DNA from: Candidatus Bathyarchaeota archaeon
GTDB taxonomy: Archaea; Thermoproteota; Bathyarchaeia; Bathyarchaeales; Bathycorpusculaceae
Direction of reading: 5' to 3'
DNA length: 64,000 bases
NCBI GenBank assembly: GCA_963780185.1
Contig: CAWABA010000006.1
Span: 480,001-544,000 of the forward strand
The position numbers and the translations under genes are program-made. Positions 29,361 to 38,353 of this stretch are shown here, piece after piece (position 1 is the first letter of the stretch; the number at the start of each line of letters is the position of its first letter). The notes beneath the pieces were generated by a model. It saw nothing but the letters and a program-made list of their open reading frames with translations. It searched no databases and was not told where the DNA came from.

Positions 29361-30203
29361 GTGAAAACGCCTATAATCTTTTCGGAAAACTGCTTGGAAT
29401 ATGGGAAAAGGCGTAAAGAAAGTCCAAGTAGAGTGAGATCTGTGCAGAAAGCACTTGAAAGGGAAGCCTACTCTTTTTTATCCCCTAGTCCCGCCTCTAA
29501 AGAAGATTTGCTCAAGGTACATAATTTGGATTATGTTGAAGGTGTAATGAGCGGCCTTTTTGCAGATAGGGAAACGCCTTCTTTTGACAACATTTATGAA
29601 TATGCTCGTCTTTCGGCGGGGGGTGCAATACTGGCGGCAAAAAAAGGAGGCTTTTCAATTATGAGACCACCAGGGCATCACGCTGGAAAAAATGGCCGGG
29701 CTTTATGCGCTAAAACCAGAGGGTACTGCTACTTTAACAATATTGCTATTGCAGTTAAAAATATAGATAGACCGACTTTGATATTAGATATTGACGGGCA
29801 TCATGGAAATGGAACACAAGAGATTTTTCAAGGCAACGAGAAAGTCACTTATGTATCTTTGCATCGCAATCCAGAATATCCCGGCACGGGTTCCTTTTCA
29901 GAGGGAAACTGCTTGAATTTCCCATTAGATCCCGACTGCGGTGAAAAAATTTACCTGAAAACATTCGAAAAAGCTTTGGGAGCCGTCGCCGAGAAAAAGT
30001 TTGATGCAGTCGCAGTTTCGGTGGGCTTTGATACTCTCCTTGGAGATATAGGGTCACTTGGTCTAAAAGAATTGACCTACAAAGAAATTGGCAAGAAGAT
30101 AGCGGCGCTTAGAATCCCTACGTTTTTTGTTCTTGAAGGGGGATACAAAATCCAAAAGATAGGATTATGCACGAGCTATTTTCTGCAAGGTTTCGAGGGA
30201 TAG
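29361..30203 (+). CDS. Histone deacetylase family (AcuC/AphA-like) amidohydrolase
   Basis: RPPGHHA, GYCYFNN, DIDGHHGNGTQ, GFD and LEGGY motifs. Confidence 0.95.
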   Translation: MKTPIIFSENCLEYGKRRKESPSRVRSVQKALEREAYSFLSPSPASKEDLLKVHNLDYVEGVMSGLFADRETPSFDNIYEYARLSAGGAILAAKKGGFSIMRPPGHHAGKNGRALCAKTRGYCYFNNIAIAVKNIDRPTLILDIDGHHGNGTQEIFQGNEKVTYVSLHRNPEYPGTGSFSEGNCLNFPLDPDCGEKIYLKTFEKALGAVAEKKFDAVAVSVGFDTLLGDIGSLGLKELTYKEIGKKIAALRIPTFFVLEGGYKIQKIGLCTSYFLQGFEG

Positions 30204-30328
30204 CATTTTCAACTCGATTATTACGGTTGCACTTTTTTTTAAAAAATCGTGCGAAAGTCAATAAGTAACTTTTTCGATAGGAATTCTGCAGGGTTTTCGA
30301 TGCGGCTAGGCTCTCTTCTTTAGATATT

Positions 30329-31720
30329 CTAAGTCGGCGTCCAATTCGCGAAGGTCTTGCAAGCTATTTTAAAGTATATTGGATCAGTAGCAAGTGACAA
30401 TCGAAAATGCGTTCTTTCAGTTTGAGCGAGATCTCGAGAAGAGATAAAACAGGCTTCCGGAACAGTTGAGAGGCCAACGTCATGAATCAATTCAGAAGTT
30501 ATTCTTATTGGATCTTTGAATCTGAAGTCTTTCCTTGAAAACATAACATTGTAACTTTTCATTTTTTTGGGGCAATTCTCAAGCTTTGAGTTTAACAAAG
30601 CCTTGAATATGTCGAAATTATGGTGAAAAACACTTACCTGTCTTTCAAAGTGTTCTATGTGAATTCTGTAGATATTGTCAAGGTCTTCGGAAAGAAATAT
30701 CTTTTCAAAGAATTGCCTGCTTTGTCTAGACCTTATTAAACCATCAGAATCATAAAGTTGACACAACTTTTTACGGTTTGGTTGATCAATTTTGCCCTTG
30801 CTGTTTTTAGCAACATTTTCCATGCGTAACCATAAATCCAATATCAGCGGAGTTACTCCAGTCATTGATGGATTCTCGGACAGGCGAAATTGCCATTCCC
30901 CGATACCTTCAGCCATGGGTTTAGGGCAGAATGCCCAACCTAAACGAAGACCTGGAAGCGCACACGTTTTTGAAATTGAATTGACTATAATCAAACGGTT
31001 GTTGATGTCTGAATTTAATGCCGTAGAAAAACAATTGAATTCTGCATCTGGACCGATGTCAAACTCACAAACTCTATCGTAAATTAACCACGATCCTAGT
31101 TGTTTTGACACCTTTAAAATTCCATCCAGAAAGTGTTGGTCATACGATTGACCAGTTGGATTCGATGTGTTACAGAGCACAACAACGTTGGGTCGAAAAT
31201 GATTCATTGCATCCATTGCATTCTCCACGAGAACAGGCGTAGTCGGATCTTTGGGGATGACCTGATAAAGCTGACCTCCGGTCATCTTTACTACTCTTTC
31301 AAAGATAGGATAAGTGTAGTCAATAATGAGTACTTTCAATGGTTGCAGTTTTGCTATGTAGCTCATTGCTCCTGATATTGCTCCAGCTGCACCAAACGTT
31401 ACTACAGCGGAATGAGAATCGGAAAGTTGAGTAGCAACCTGCCTCCCTGCTCCAAATGACTCGTAAGCTTCAATCATTTTAGTCAGAGGTGGATACCCTG
31501 TGCCATTTGTGTAACACTGCAAGAGGTCCGTTTTATCATACTCTCTTCGAAGAAAGGACCGGTATAAGGGAGGAGGGTCTAACTCATTCGCACCTGAGGA
31601 TAGAAAAAAAAGTTTCGATCGCATTGGTGTTTTGTAGACAGCTAGTTGCTCGTCCACAATGGCGGTTAATAGGGTATCTCCGTAAGGAAGGAAATCTTTG
31701 GTATTATTCATTTTACTCAT
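30329..31720 (-). CDS. PLP-dependent aminotransferase class I/II, divergent
   Basis: VTFGAAGA, SNPTG, IYD, SISKTCALPGLRLGW (PLP Lys) and FRLSLA. Confidence 0.88.
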   Translation of the reverse strand: MSKMNNTKDFLPYGDTLLTAIVDEQLAVYKTPMRSKLFFLSSGANELDPPPLYRSFLRREYDKTDLLQCYTNGTGYPPLTKMIEAYESFGAGRQVATQLSDSHSAVVTFGAAGAISGAMSYIAKLQPLKVLIIDYTYPIFERVVKMTGGQLYQVIPKDPTTPVLVENAMDAMNHFRPNVVVLCNTSNPTGQSYDQHFLDGILKVSKQLGSWLIYDRVCEFDIGPDAEFNCFSTALNSDINNRLIIVNSISKTCALPGLRLGWAFCPKPMAEGIGEWQFRLSENPSMTGVTPLILDLWLRMENVAKNSKGKIDQPNRKKLCQLYDSDGLIRSRQSRQFFEKIFLSEDLDNIYRIHIEHFERQVSVFHHNFDIFKALLNSKLENCPKKMKSYNVMFSRKDFRFKDPIRITSELIHDVGLSTVPEACFISSRDLAQTERTHFRLSLATDPIYFKIACKTFANWTPT

Positions 31721-31826
31721 TTATACAGCCTCACTCAAATCTGCGTGAGAATAACTCTAACAACGGTCTTTTTAGAAAAATGGAGGTCATTCGATAATAA
31801 CCCCTGAGAAGATGTTTGTCAAGAAA

Positions 31827-32810
31827 CTACCTTCTTTTTTTTCCATAATTGAAGTAATCAGGATTCACCAAATGTGCATCCGTTCCCGTTTTCAGAAGGT
31901 TAATAATAGAAATCGTAGCCATATCGCCAGCAGCACGAAGTGCTGAAAATGTGTTGTATCCGGCATATTCTTTTGACCAAAAAAACTGACCAGGAGAAAG
32001 CGTGCAGGCTTCTTCTAAGGCGTCATTTGGAGGAAAATCGTATGCTGCTCGCAATCGTCCTTTTTTAATTTCCCTTGTAAGCGCGGCTGAGTTAACAGCT
32101 TCCGGATAGGAGACGTTTATCACCAATCCTCCGTCTTGAATTTGAGCAAGCTCTTTCGGACTTAAAACCTCACCGGCCAATCGGTGAGTATGAATGCTAA
32201 TCACGTTGCACAATGACAACAGGTCTCTCTTAGGTAGATATTTTATCCCGAGTTTTTCCTCTGCCGTAATATGTCTTTTCGAGCCATAATAGTAGATATT
32301 GTTGATCCCGAGATTTTTCAACAAATCGGCAAAAATGGTGCCGATATTCCCTAAGCCTATTATGCCTACACAGAGTTCATCTAGTGAACGACCCATTAAT
32401 TCCATCACTTTGCCTGTTCTTCCTATGTCAAAGATATTCCTTATCATTGCAAGCATGAGAGTCAATGCGTACTCAGCCGTTGCATTAAAATCAGCGCCCG
32501 GACAGTTAGCAATTGCAATCCCACGTTTAGTGGCCACATCACAAGCAGGGATATAAACTCGATAGTTTGTACTATTGTACACGATAGCTTGAAGAGATTC
32601 TGCGCTGACTATTACTGTCTCGGTGACTGTTTCAATTCCACCAAGGATGTACCCAGATTTTCCCTTTAGAGCGTCTATTAGCTCATTTTCTGTTGCACAA
32701 TGAACTGATAAACGGTGTAACTTGAATCCTGCATTTTCAATCTCTTGTTCGTTTTTTTCTGAAAGCAGATTGTCCGTGACCAAGATTTCTTTTGTAGGCA
32801 AATTTATCAA
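31827..32810 (-). CDS. D-2-hydroxyacid dehydrogenase-like NAD(P)-binding protein
   Basis: GIAIANCPG..ATAEYALTLML and VGIIGLGNIG Rossmann motif. Confidence 0.85.
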   Translation of the reverse strand: MINLPTKEILVTDNLLSEKNEQEIENAGFKLHRLSVHCATENELIDALKGKSGYILGGIETVTETVIVSAESLQAIVYNSTNYRVYIPACDVATKRGIAIANCPGADFNATAEYALTLMLAMIRNIFDIGRTGKVMELMGRSLDELCVGIIGLGNIGTIFADLLKNLGINNIYYYGSKRHITAEEKLGIKYLPKRDLLSLCNVISIHTHRLAGEVLSPKELAQIQDGGLVINVSYPEAVNSAALTREIKKGRLRAAYDFPPNDALEEACTLSPGQFFWSKEYAGYNTFSALRAAGDMATISIINLLKTGTDAHLVNPDYFNYGKKRR

Positions 32811-32964
32811 TCCCTATCAAACAGGTTACGAATTGGTCCTTATTCAGCATGTCAGTCGCAACGGAAGATAACTGATACTCTCGATGAATTGAAATATGCT
32901 CATCCAAATATTTAGACAAAGAATTAAATTAATAGTTTACTGATAAGTCTTGGGGAGAAAAACG

Positions 32965-33250
32965 ATGAGTGAGAACGAAATGCTTGTTTGGTTCCAAATA
33001 GAACCGTATCTTTTTATTGCTCGCACAATTAAATCATCCCCAAAGACAGCCCGGAGAAATATCAAAATCTAGAAGAGAGCAAAAGAAATTGTTGGTTGGA
33101 AAAAGATTCTGGGTTCGAAAAAAATTAAACGAAGATAAAACTGGCGAAATGTTGGGCAATTTGGAAAAAGCAGGTGCTATCGAATATACTGGGACGAATT
33201 GGAAGATTACACCAATAGGGCAAAAAGTTCTAGAAAAATACTTTGAATGA
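32965..33250 (+). CDS. Small winged-helix-like protein, frameshifted
   Basis: MSENEMLVWFQIEPYL / ...MLGNLEKAGAIEYTGTNWKITPIGQKVLE, a wHTH wing pattern. Confidence 0.55.
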
Positions 33251-33372
33251 ATCCCCGACTAATGTTTATTATTTTACAATAGCGCCTGAGAGTTTAACTA
33301 AACACAATATTTCGCGTTTAATTAAGCCATTTTTATTTGCTTTAAGAGGCACAGACATTTCCCGAGCAATCA

Positions 33373-33930
33373 CTAGATAGGACCACGTTTCCTCTTGATT
33401 TCATTGAGTTCTTTGATAAATCCTTCATCATAGATATTCTCATGATTCACATTCTCCGTGTGTACATTATCAAACCCCTCTGAGTAGGACAAGTCAACCA
33501 ACCAAGCTTTCCAACATTTCCATTCTTTTTCCATTTTTTTGTTTTTTTGGTCCTTCCACGCCCTTTCGAATAGACCGAAGATTGCGTCCAAATATGAAAT
33601 TGTCATTTTACGATTCCGAGAATAGTTCGGATCTTTTCCATCATCCTTCTTCTGATGGTAAAGAAAATCGTTAATTTCAGGATGAGACATGACTGCTAAC
33701 GAGGCGTGCATAAAATCGGTGCGCAATCTTTCGTAGGCTAAATTTTTTGACTCTTCATTTTCCAAAATTATTTCGTAAGCCAAAACGACAAATGTTATGG
33801 CGAGAACAATGCCTGTCAGTATTGTTGCTCCAGTGGTGTCGATTGTAAATATTTTGGCAGAGGCAATAAATATAATAGCAATCGCAAACGAAATTAAAAC
33901 CAAAATTAGATAGTGGCGATTGACTTTCAT
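33373..33930 (-). CDS. Hypothetical protein with two N-terminal TM helices
   Basis: 185-aa ORF with two hydrophobic helices followed by a soluble helical domain. Confidence 0.7.
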   Translation of the reverse strand: MKVNRHYLILVLISFAIAIIFIASAKIFTIDTTGATILTGIVLAITFVVLAYEIILENEESKNLAYERLRTDFMHASLAVMSHPEINDFLYHQKKDDGKDPNYSRNRKMTISYLDAIFGLFERAWKDQKNKKMEKEWKCWKAWLVDLSYSEGFDNVHTENVNHENIYDEGFIKELNEIKRKRGPI

Positions 33931-34168
33931 TTGTATTACACCAAAAATGTGAGTAAGCGCCTACTCCTTATTAGTTTTTGCATTTACGGACCAACCTATT
34001 TGGATGGTGAGTTGCACAAGACACCTTTTTTTCTCTTTCACCAACTGGATGAGGTCGGAACCCTTTTGGGTTCAAGGATCTCCAGCCCCAAACCGTGGTA
34101 TAAACTTGCGAAAATAGTCTGATTTTGCAAATTTTAGCAAAAGAGCCTTTTGTGGTTTGAACCCAATT

Positions 34169-34194
34169 GGGTTCAAATCCCGCCCGGTCCACCA
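34169..34194 (+). repeat. att site: duplicated tRNA-Ala 3' end plus CCA
   Basis: Identical to 23199-23221 and followed by CCA. Confidence 0.9.
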
Positions 34195-34211
34195 ATTCAA
34201 CCAAGTTTTTC

Positions 34212-34649
34212 TTATTCTGTCTCTTCTAAGAAGAGAATGCTAATGCCGAATGGTTTTTTCCGCATTTCATCCGCTAACTCTTGTTCTTGGCGGGCAAAAA
34301 GGGCGGCGCCGCTAATTCTATGAGCCAACGCTAAAATGAAGCAGTCGGGAAGCGAAATCGCTCTTTTGCATTTGATTTTGGAAGCTTCGTTGATCAATCG
34401 TGAGGTTTCTTCAACCGAAAAATATCCTGAAGCAAGGAGTTTGTTCACTTTTTCAGTTGACTGTTCCCATCCAAGTTTTCTGCAAAGGATGTACCGCAAC
34501 TCTGTGACGGCAAGTTCTGTTGTATAAGCGTCAATAATTTCTGTTTCAAGGGCTTTTTTGAGCTTCTGCCCCAAGTGGTCGCAGTACATTAGCTCAATTA
34601 GTGCGCTTGTGTCTATGGCTAATTTTCCTTTCAAGTCTTTCATCATCAA
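34212..34649 (-). CDS. vapC: PIN-domain toxin (VapC)
   Basis: AIDTSALIE, TELAVTELRYIL and ISLPDCFILALA motifs. Confidence 0.9.
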   Translation of the reverse strand: MMMKDLKGKLAIDTSALIELMYCDHLGQKLKKALETEIIDAYTTELAVTELRYILCRKLGWEQSTEKVNKLLASGYFSVEETSRLINEASKIKCKRAISLPDCFILALAHRISGAALFARQEQELADEMRKKPFGISILFLEETE

Positions 34650-34863
34650 GCTTCCGTTCTATTTCTAATTCTTCAAGCGCCTCTTTTACTCCAGTGGTTG
34701 GGCTGCATGCTTCTTCGAGCAACTGAGGATTTTTCTCCCGCTGGTCCACCAAGAAGCGTAGGGCGTCATTTAGATCAACTCGGCGTCCCAACTTGATCTG
34801 AAGTTCGGATGCAACCTTCAACAGTTTTTCTTTAACATCCTCAGTAACCGATATTGTAGTCAT
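34594..34863 (-). CDS. vapB: VapB-type antitoxin (ribbon-helix-helix-like)
   Basis: MTTISVTEDVKEKLLKVASELQIKLGRRVDLNDALRFL; overlaps vapC; true start is the ATG at 34863. Confidence 0.82.
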   Translation of the reverse strand: MTTISVTEDVKEKLLKVASELQIKLGRRVDLNDALRFLVDQREKNPQLLEEACSPTTGVKEALEELEIERKLDDERLERKISHRHKRTN

Positions 34864-34874
34864 AGAGATCACAG

Positions 34875-34895
34875 CTATTATAGCAGCTATAATAG
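34875..34895. promoter_or_regulatory. Putative VapB autoregulatory operator
   Basis: Perfect 10-1-10 palindrome CTATTATAGC-A-GCTATAATAG just upstream of the vapB ATG. Confidence 0.65.
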
Positions 34896-35045
34896 ATATA
34901 GCTATCTGCCCTGTCCACTGAATCGTTTGTTGGAACAACTCCCCTGACTCCGCCAGCGCCACCCAAAAGTCGCAACCCGCAAAAATCTTCAAGCCTCTTG
35001 AATTGGAAAAACCAAACCTAAGCGAAACTGAACCTGCTGCCGAAG

Positions 35046-35240
35046 GAACCGCCCGCCCATAATCCGCCCATAACCGACAATACCGCCTACATAGAGTCAA
35101 CATGGCAAGTCGCAATCCGCCCATGCACACGAACAACCATCAAACAGCCCCGTGTCCTAAACCAAAAAAGCAACCCAAAACGCAACCTGCCACCCGCGAA
35201 AGTCGCAACTTTCACCAAAACAAAAGTCGCAACAAAAAAT
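35046..35240 (+). repeat. Dispersed ~190-bp element, copy A (AAGTCGCAA motifs)
   Basis: Aligns by eye to the reverse complement of 54945-55133; motifs at 35107, 35200 and 35224, plus one upstream at 34967. Confidence 0.8.
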
Positions 35241-35661
35241 AATTCGGGCAGACAAGAAAATGCAAAGCCAATCCAGAGGCAGAACAGAACCAAAATCCGC
35301 AAAATGGGCAAGAACAGCCCTTTGTTTTCTTTTGTCGTGGGATATATCGATTTTCGATATATGTCGAAAAATAAAATACGCCTTATATGACGACTCACTA
35401 CACTGAGGTGTATAGGAGTGTAACACATGAACAGCACAACACAAATACAGCAAGACCTAAGCGGGGACTCAGCAAACCCGATGCCGGTTTGCCTAATCTA
35501 CTTGCGGAAAAGCGAGAAAACAAGGCAGAAACAGGAACCATAAAAGAGCCACACCATTTTTTACGGTAATCATGTTCTAAACAGGTTGTTTTTGTTCTTT
35601 TGCAGCGTGATTGTTATTAAGACCTCTTTTTAATTCTCTTAGCATCTGCAGAGAGAGGAAA

Positions 35662-36192
35662 ATGGAAAAACTCAAGTTGCTAACATTCGCCGCTTTGGCA
35701 GTTGTAATGTTGGGTGCACTGTGCATTTCTTCAGCGTTCGCCACAGACACAACAAAGTTCAGCCTTGCTTTGGCGTCAAATCAAATCCAATACAATATTC
35801 CTGCAGGAACCACATTTAACGGTTCAATCGCCACCACAGGCATGGTTCGGTTCTGGGTAACCGCACCCAATGATGCCCAAATCGTCAACTTAGGCATAAT
35901 AGACAACGACCGCAGCTTCGGCTTCGTTTCCCAGCAAAACGGAACATACACCTTCAACTTCGAAAACGACCTCCCCAACACGATTACAGTAACCTTCTCC
36001 TACACCGCTGACCCCCAGCTTCCAAACACCAACAATGGAACCCCCCTAACCTACATCGCCATAGTGGTAGCAGTAGCCGTCGTAGGAAGCATCATCATAT
36101 TCTTCGGCATACGCCGCAAAACCAAAAAAGTAATAGCCGCCTACCAAAAACAAGAATCACAAGCCAAACAAAACGGCGGCTCAAACAAGTAA
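35662..36192 (+). CDS. Membrane protein with emp24/p24 GOLD-like domain
   Basis: Signal peptide, VRFWVTAPN...SFGFVSQQNGTYTFNFEN, TM helix and basic tail. Confidence 0.7.
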   Translation: MEKLKLLTFAALAVVMLGALCISSAFATDTTKFSLALASNQIQYNIPAGTTFNGSIATTGMVRFWVTAPNDAQIVNLGIIDNDRSFGFVSQQNGTYTFNFENDLPNTITVTFSYTADPQLPNTNNGTPLTYIAIVVAVAVVGSIIIFFGIRRKTKKVIAAYQKQESQAKQNGGSNK

Positions 36193-36246
36193 AACGCGTT
36201 CCGCTTCGAAACTGGTTGGCAACGGGAAATTCTTAGGCGTTTGTGG

Positions 36247-37635
36247 TTAGATCTTGTTTAGTTCTTGTTTTTTGCGGTGGATAGCTGCAACCGTTGCATG
36301 CACGTTTTTCTCTTCCACAACCAGTATAATCTGCGACGTATGAGGGGCAAAAACGCCTCGTTTAATGTTGATTCCTGAAAGCGCGCTAATAGCCATGGAA
36401 GCGACGCCTGGAGAATCCTTCATTCTGTCCCCAATCAAGGTAACAACGCCTAAGCCATATTCAATCCGCATTTTCTCATCAAACCTCTTCAGCTTCTCCT
36501 CACTTTTGCGCAGGAAATCAGCGTCCAAGAAGAGGAAGTCGCGGATTCTCTCGCCTGTCTCAAGGGCTTCAGCGCCCAAATCTAAAAAGTCGTTTCTCCG
36601 CTCCCAAATCCGCAGCAAATCTTCAAGTGAACGGCTTTTCTCATCGTTCATCGTTAAGATTGCGCAGCCTGATTTGCCAGTTAAGCATTTCACTACTTCT
36701 CCGCCGCAGGTTTCCGCCTCAATCGCCGAGTACATTTCGGGCTCATCAATCGGCACCACCTTAAGCGGCTGACTGAACCTTCTGGCGATGGCTATCGCGG
36801 GGCTCTGCACGATTTTCATGCCCATCATCGACGCCTTATGCGCTTCGTTGTAGGTGAGGGCTTTGACATGTTCGGTTTTCTGTCCCTTCACGATTTTTGG
36901 GTCGGCGCTTTGCAGAGGCACGTCTTTGTAGAGAAGCGTTTGGGTGCTGTACAGGTCTTTGAGCAGGCATGAAGTGAAAACCGCCGTTAAATCCGACCCG
37001 CCTCTCCCCAAAATGGTTTCTAAGCCATCTGAGGTCATGCCTAAAAAGCCAGCTAAACAGAGAATTTTGCCGTCTTCCAAAGGCCCGATTAACGTGTGAA
37101 GCCTCTTTTTGCTTTGCGCATAGTGAGGTACGGCGTCCTCAAAATTGTCGTCTGTCACAATCGGCCACTCTTCCATCGAAACACGGCAGGAATCTAAACC
37201 GTTGCTTTTCAAAATGTAATCCATCAGAGTGGACATGGCGACTTCGCCGCCGAACGTGAGAATCCTCGCTTTCACGTTGCCGCTGAACCGTTTGTTAATA
37301 GAGTCAAGAGTCGCCTGGGTCAACGCCTCGTAGTTGGCTAAATCGGTTAAGGCTTGCTTTTGCCATTTGTCTGCGACATGAGTTTTTACGAGTTGCTTAT
37401 AAACTTCGAAAACGGGTGCAAGAGGCAGAGTGCATGATTGTGCGTAGGATTCGCCGATGTTTATGAGGGCGTCGGTGGTTCCCATGGGAGCTGAAAAAAC
37501 AATGATGGGGCCAAACCCGTCTTTTTCCCGAATTTCCCTTATCCGCTTAATGATTTTGGGGATTCCTTTTCCTTCAACATCCAGAAGGCTTCCGCCAAAC
37601 TTTGCTACTGAAAGAGATTTGAAACCGCATACCAC
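36247..37635 (-). CDS. lysC: Aspartate kinase
   Basis: VAKFGGS, SAPMGTTDAL, LGRGGSDLTA, SADPKIV and a C-terminal ACT domain; start set at GTG 37635. Confidence 0.9.
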   Translation of the reverse strand: MVCGFKSLSVAKFGGSLLDVEGKGIPKIIKRIREIREKDGFGPIIVFSAPMGTTDALINIGESYAQSCTLPLAPVFEVYKQLVKTHVADKWQKQALTDLANYEALTQATLDSINKRFSGNVKARILTFGGEVAMSTLMDYILKSNGLDSCRVSMEEWPIVTDDNFEDAVPHYAQSKKRLHTLIGPLEDGKILCLAGFLGMTSDGLETILGRGGSDLTAVFTSCLLKDLYSTQTLLYKDVPLQSADPKIVKGQKTEHVKALTYNEAHKASMMGMKIVQSPAIAIARRFSQPLKVVPIDEPEMYSAIEAETCGGEVVKCLTGKSGCAILTMNDEKSRSLEDLLRIWERRNDFLDLGAEALETGERIRDFLFLDADFLRKSEEKLKRFDEKMRIEYGLGVVTLIGDRMKDSPGVASMAISALSGINIKRGVFAPHTSQIILVVEEKNVHATVAAIHRKKQELNKI

Positions 37636-37825
37636 CCTAACAGAAGAAGGCAACTGAACTCTAGCTTTAATAATTTTCCTACATTCCCCGACATCGCTGT
37701 TTGTCACCAAAGCTTTTTGGTGTTGGCGTTTGTGTTTTTGTGCAAGGGTACCCGATAGGTAGGTAAAGCATATACGGAAAGCATATACACTTTGCATCTA
37801 CAACCTTCAAATAGAAGAGAAATTC

Positions 37826-38158
37826 ATGCCAAAAATCGACAAAAGCTTCAGGTTCAACCCCCAAACCTACGCTAACTTCAAAGAATTAGCCGCAAAAAAC
37901 GGATACACCGCAACAGGCGCCCTGGAAAAGTTCATGGCAGACGCCGTCAAGTTTGGGCTGGCTTTTCCCTCTGGCAAAAACGCGGCTGTCGAGGCTGAAG
38001 CCCGCGTCATGCTGGCATGGCTCAAAGAAGGCAAATACGGGGTAAACCTAGCGGCAAAGAAGAAACAAGCACAAGAGGACGCCTACTCCAGTCCGCCAAA
38101 AATCGAAGACACCCAGTTGAGAGAGGACATCGAAGAAACACTCAAAAAGATGCCTTAA
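37826..38158 (+). CDS. Hypothetical protein with RHH-like N-terminus
   Basis: KSFRFNPQTYANFKELAAKNGYTATGALEKFM. Confidence 0.6.
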   Translation: MPKIDKSFRFNPQTYANFKELAAKNGYTATGALEKFMADAVKFGLAFPSGKNAAVEAEARVMLAWLKEGKYGVNLAAKKKQAQEDAYSSPPKIEDTQLREDIEETLKKMP

Positions 38159-38353
38159 CCTCGCCAACCCCTTCAAACTTAAGCAGGCATAAAAAGTGCA
38201 ACACGATAGCAAAGAACGGTGGTTGGGATAACAATCTTTTCCGCATGTTCCTTTGCCTTCACGGAGAGTTAGTTAGTCAACAAACTTTGACTTAGCCCAG
38301 TCAAGAAACTTTTACGAATAACCTTTTATCCCCAGTCATACCCACTGAAACAC

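Larger units (their letters stand above)
23199..34191. mobile_element. tRNA-Ala-integrated genomic island (~11 kb), no integrase visible
   Basis: 23-bp direct repeat GGGTTCAAATCCCGCCCGGTCCA at 23199-23221 and 34169-34191; the interior is visibly AT-richer than the flanks. Confidence 0.85.

Noticed and set aside
34864-35453. Long N-terminal extension of ORF 34594-35136 and minus-strand ORFs 35087-35453
   Set aside because: They overlap the vapB operator and the dispersed repeat and are not protein-like.
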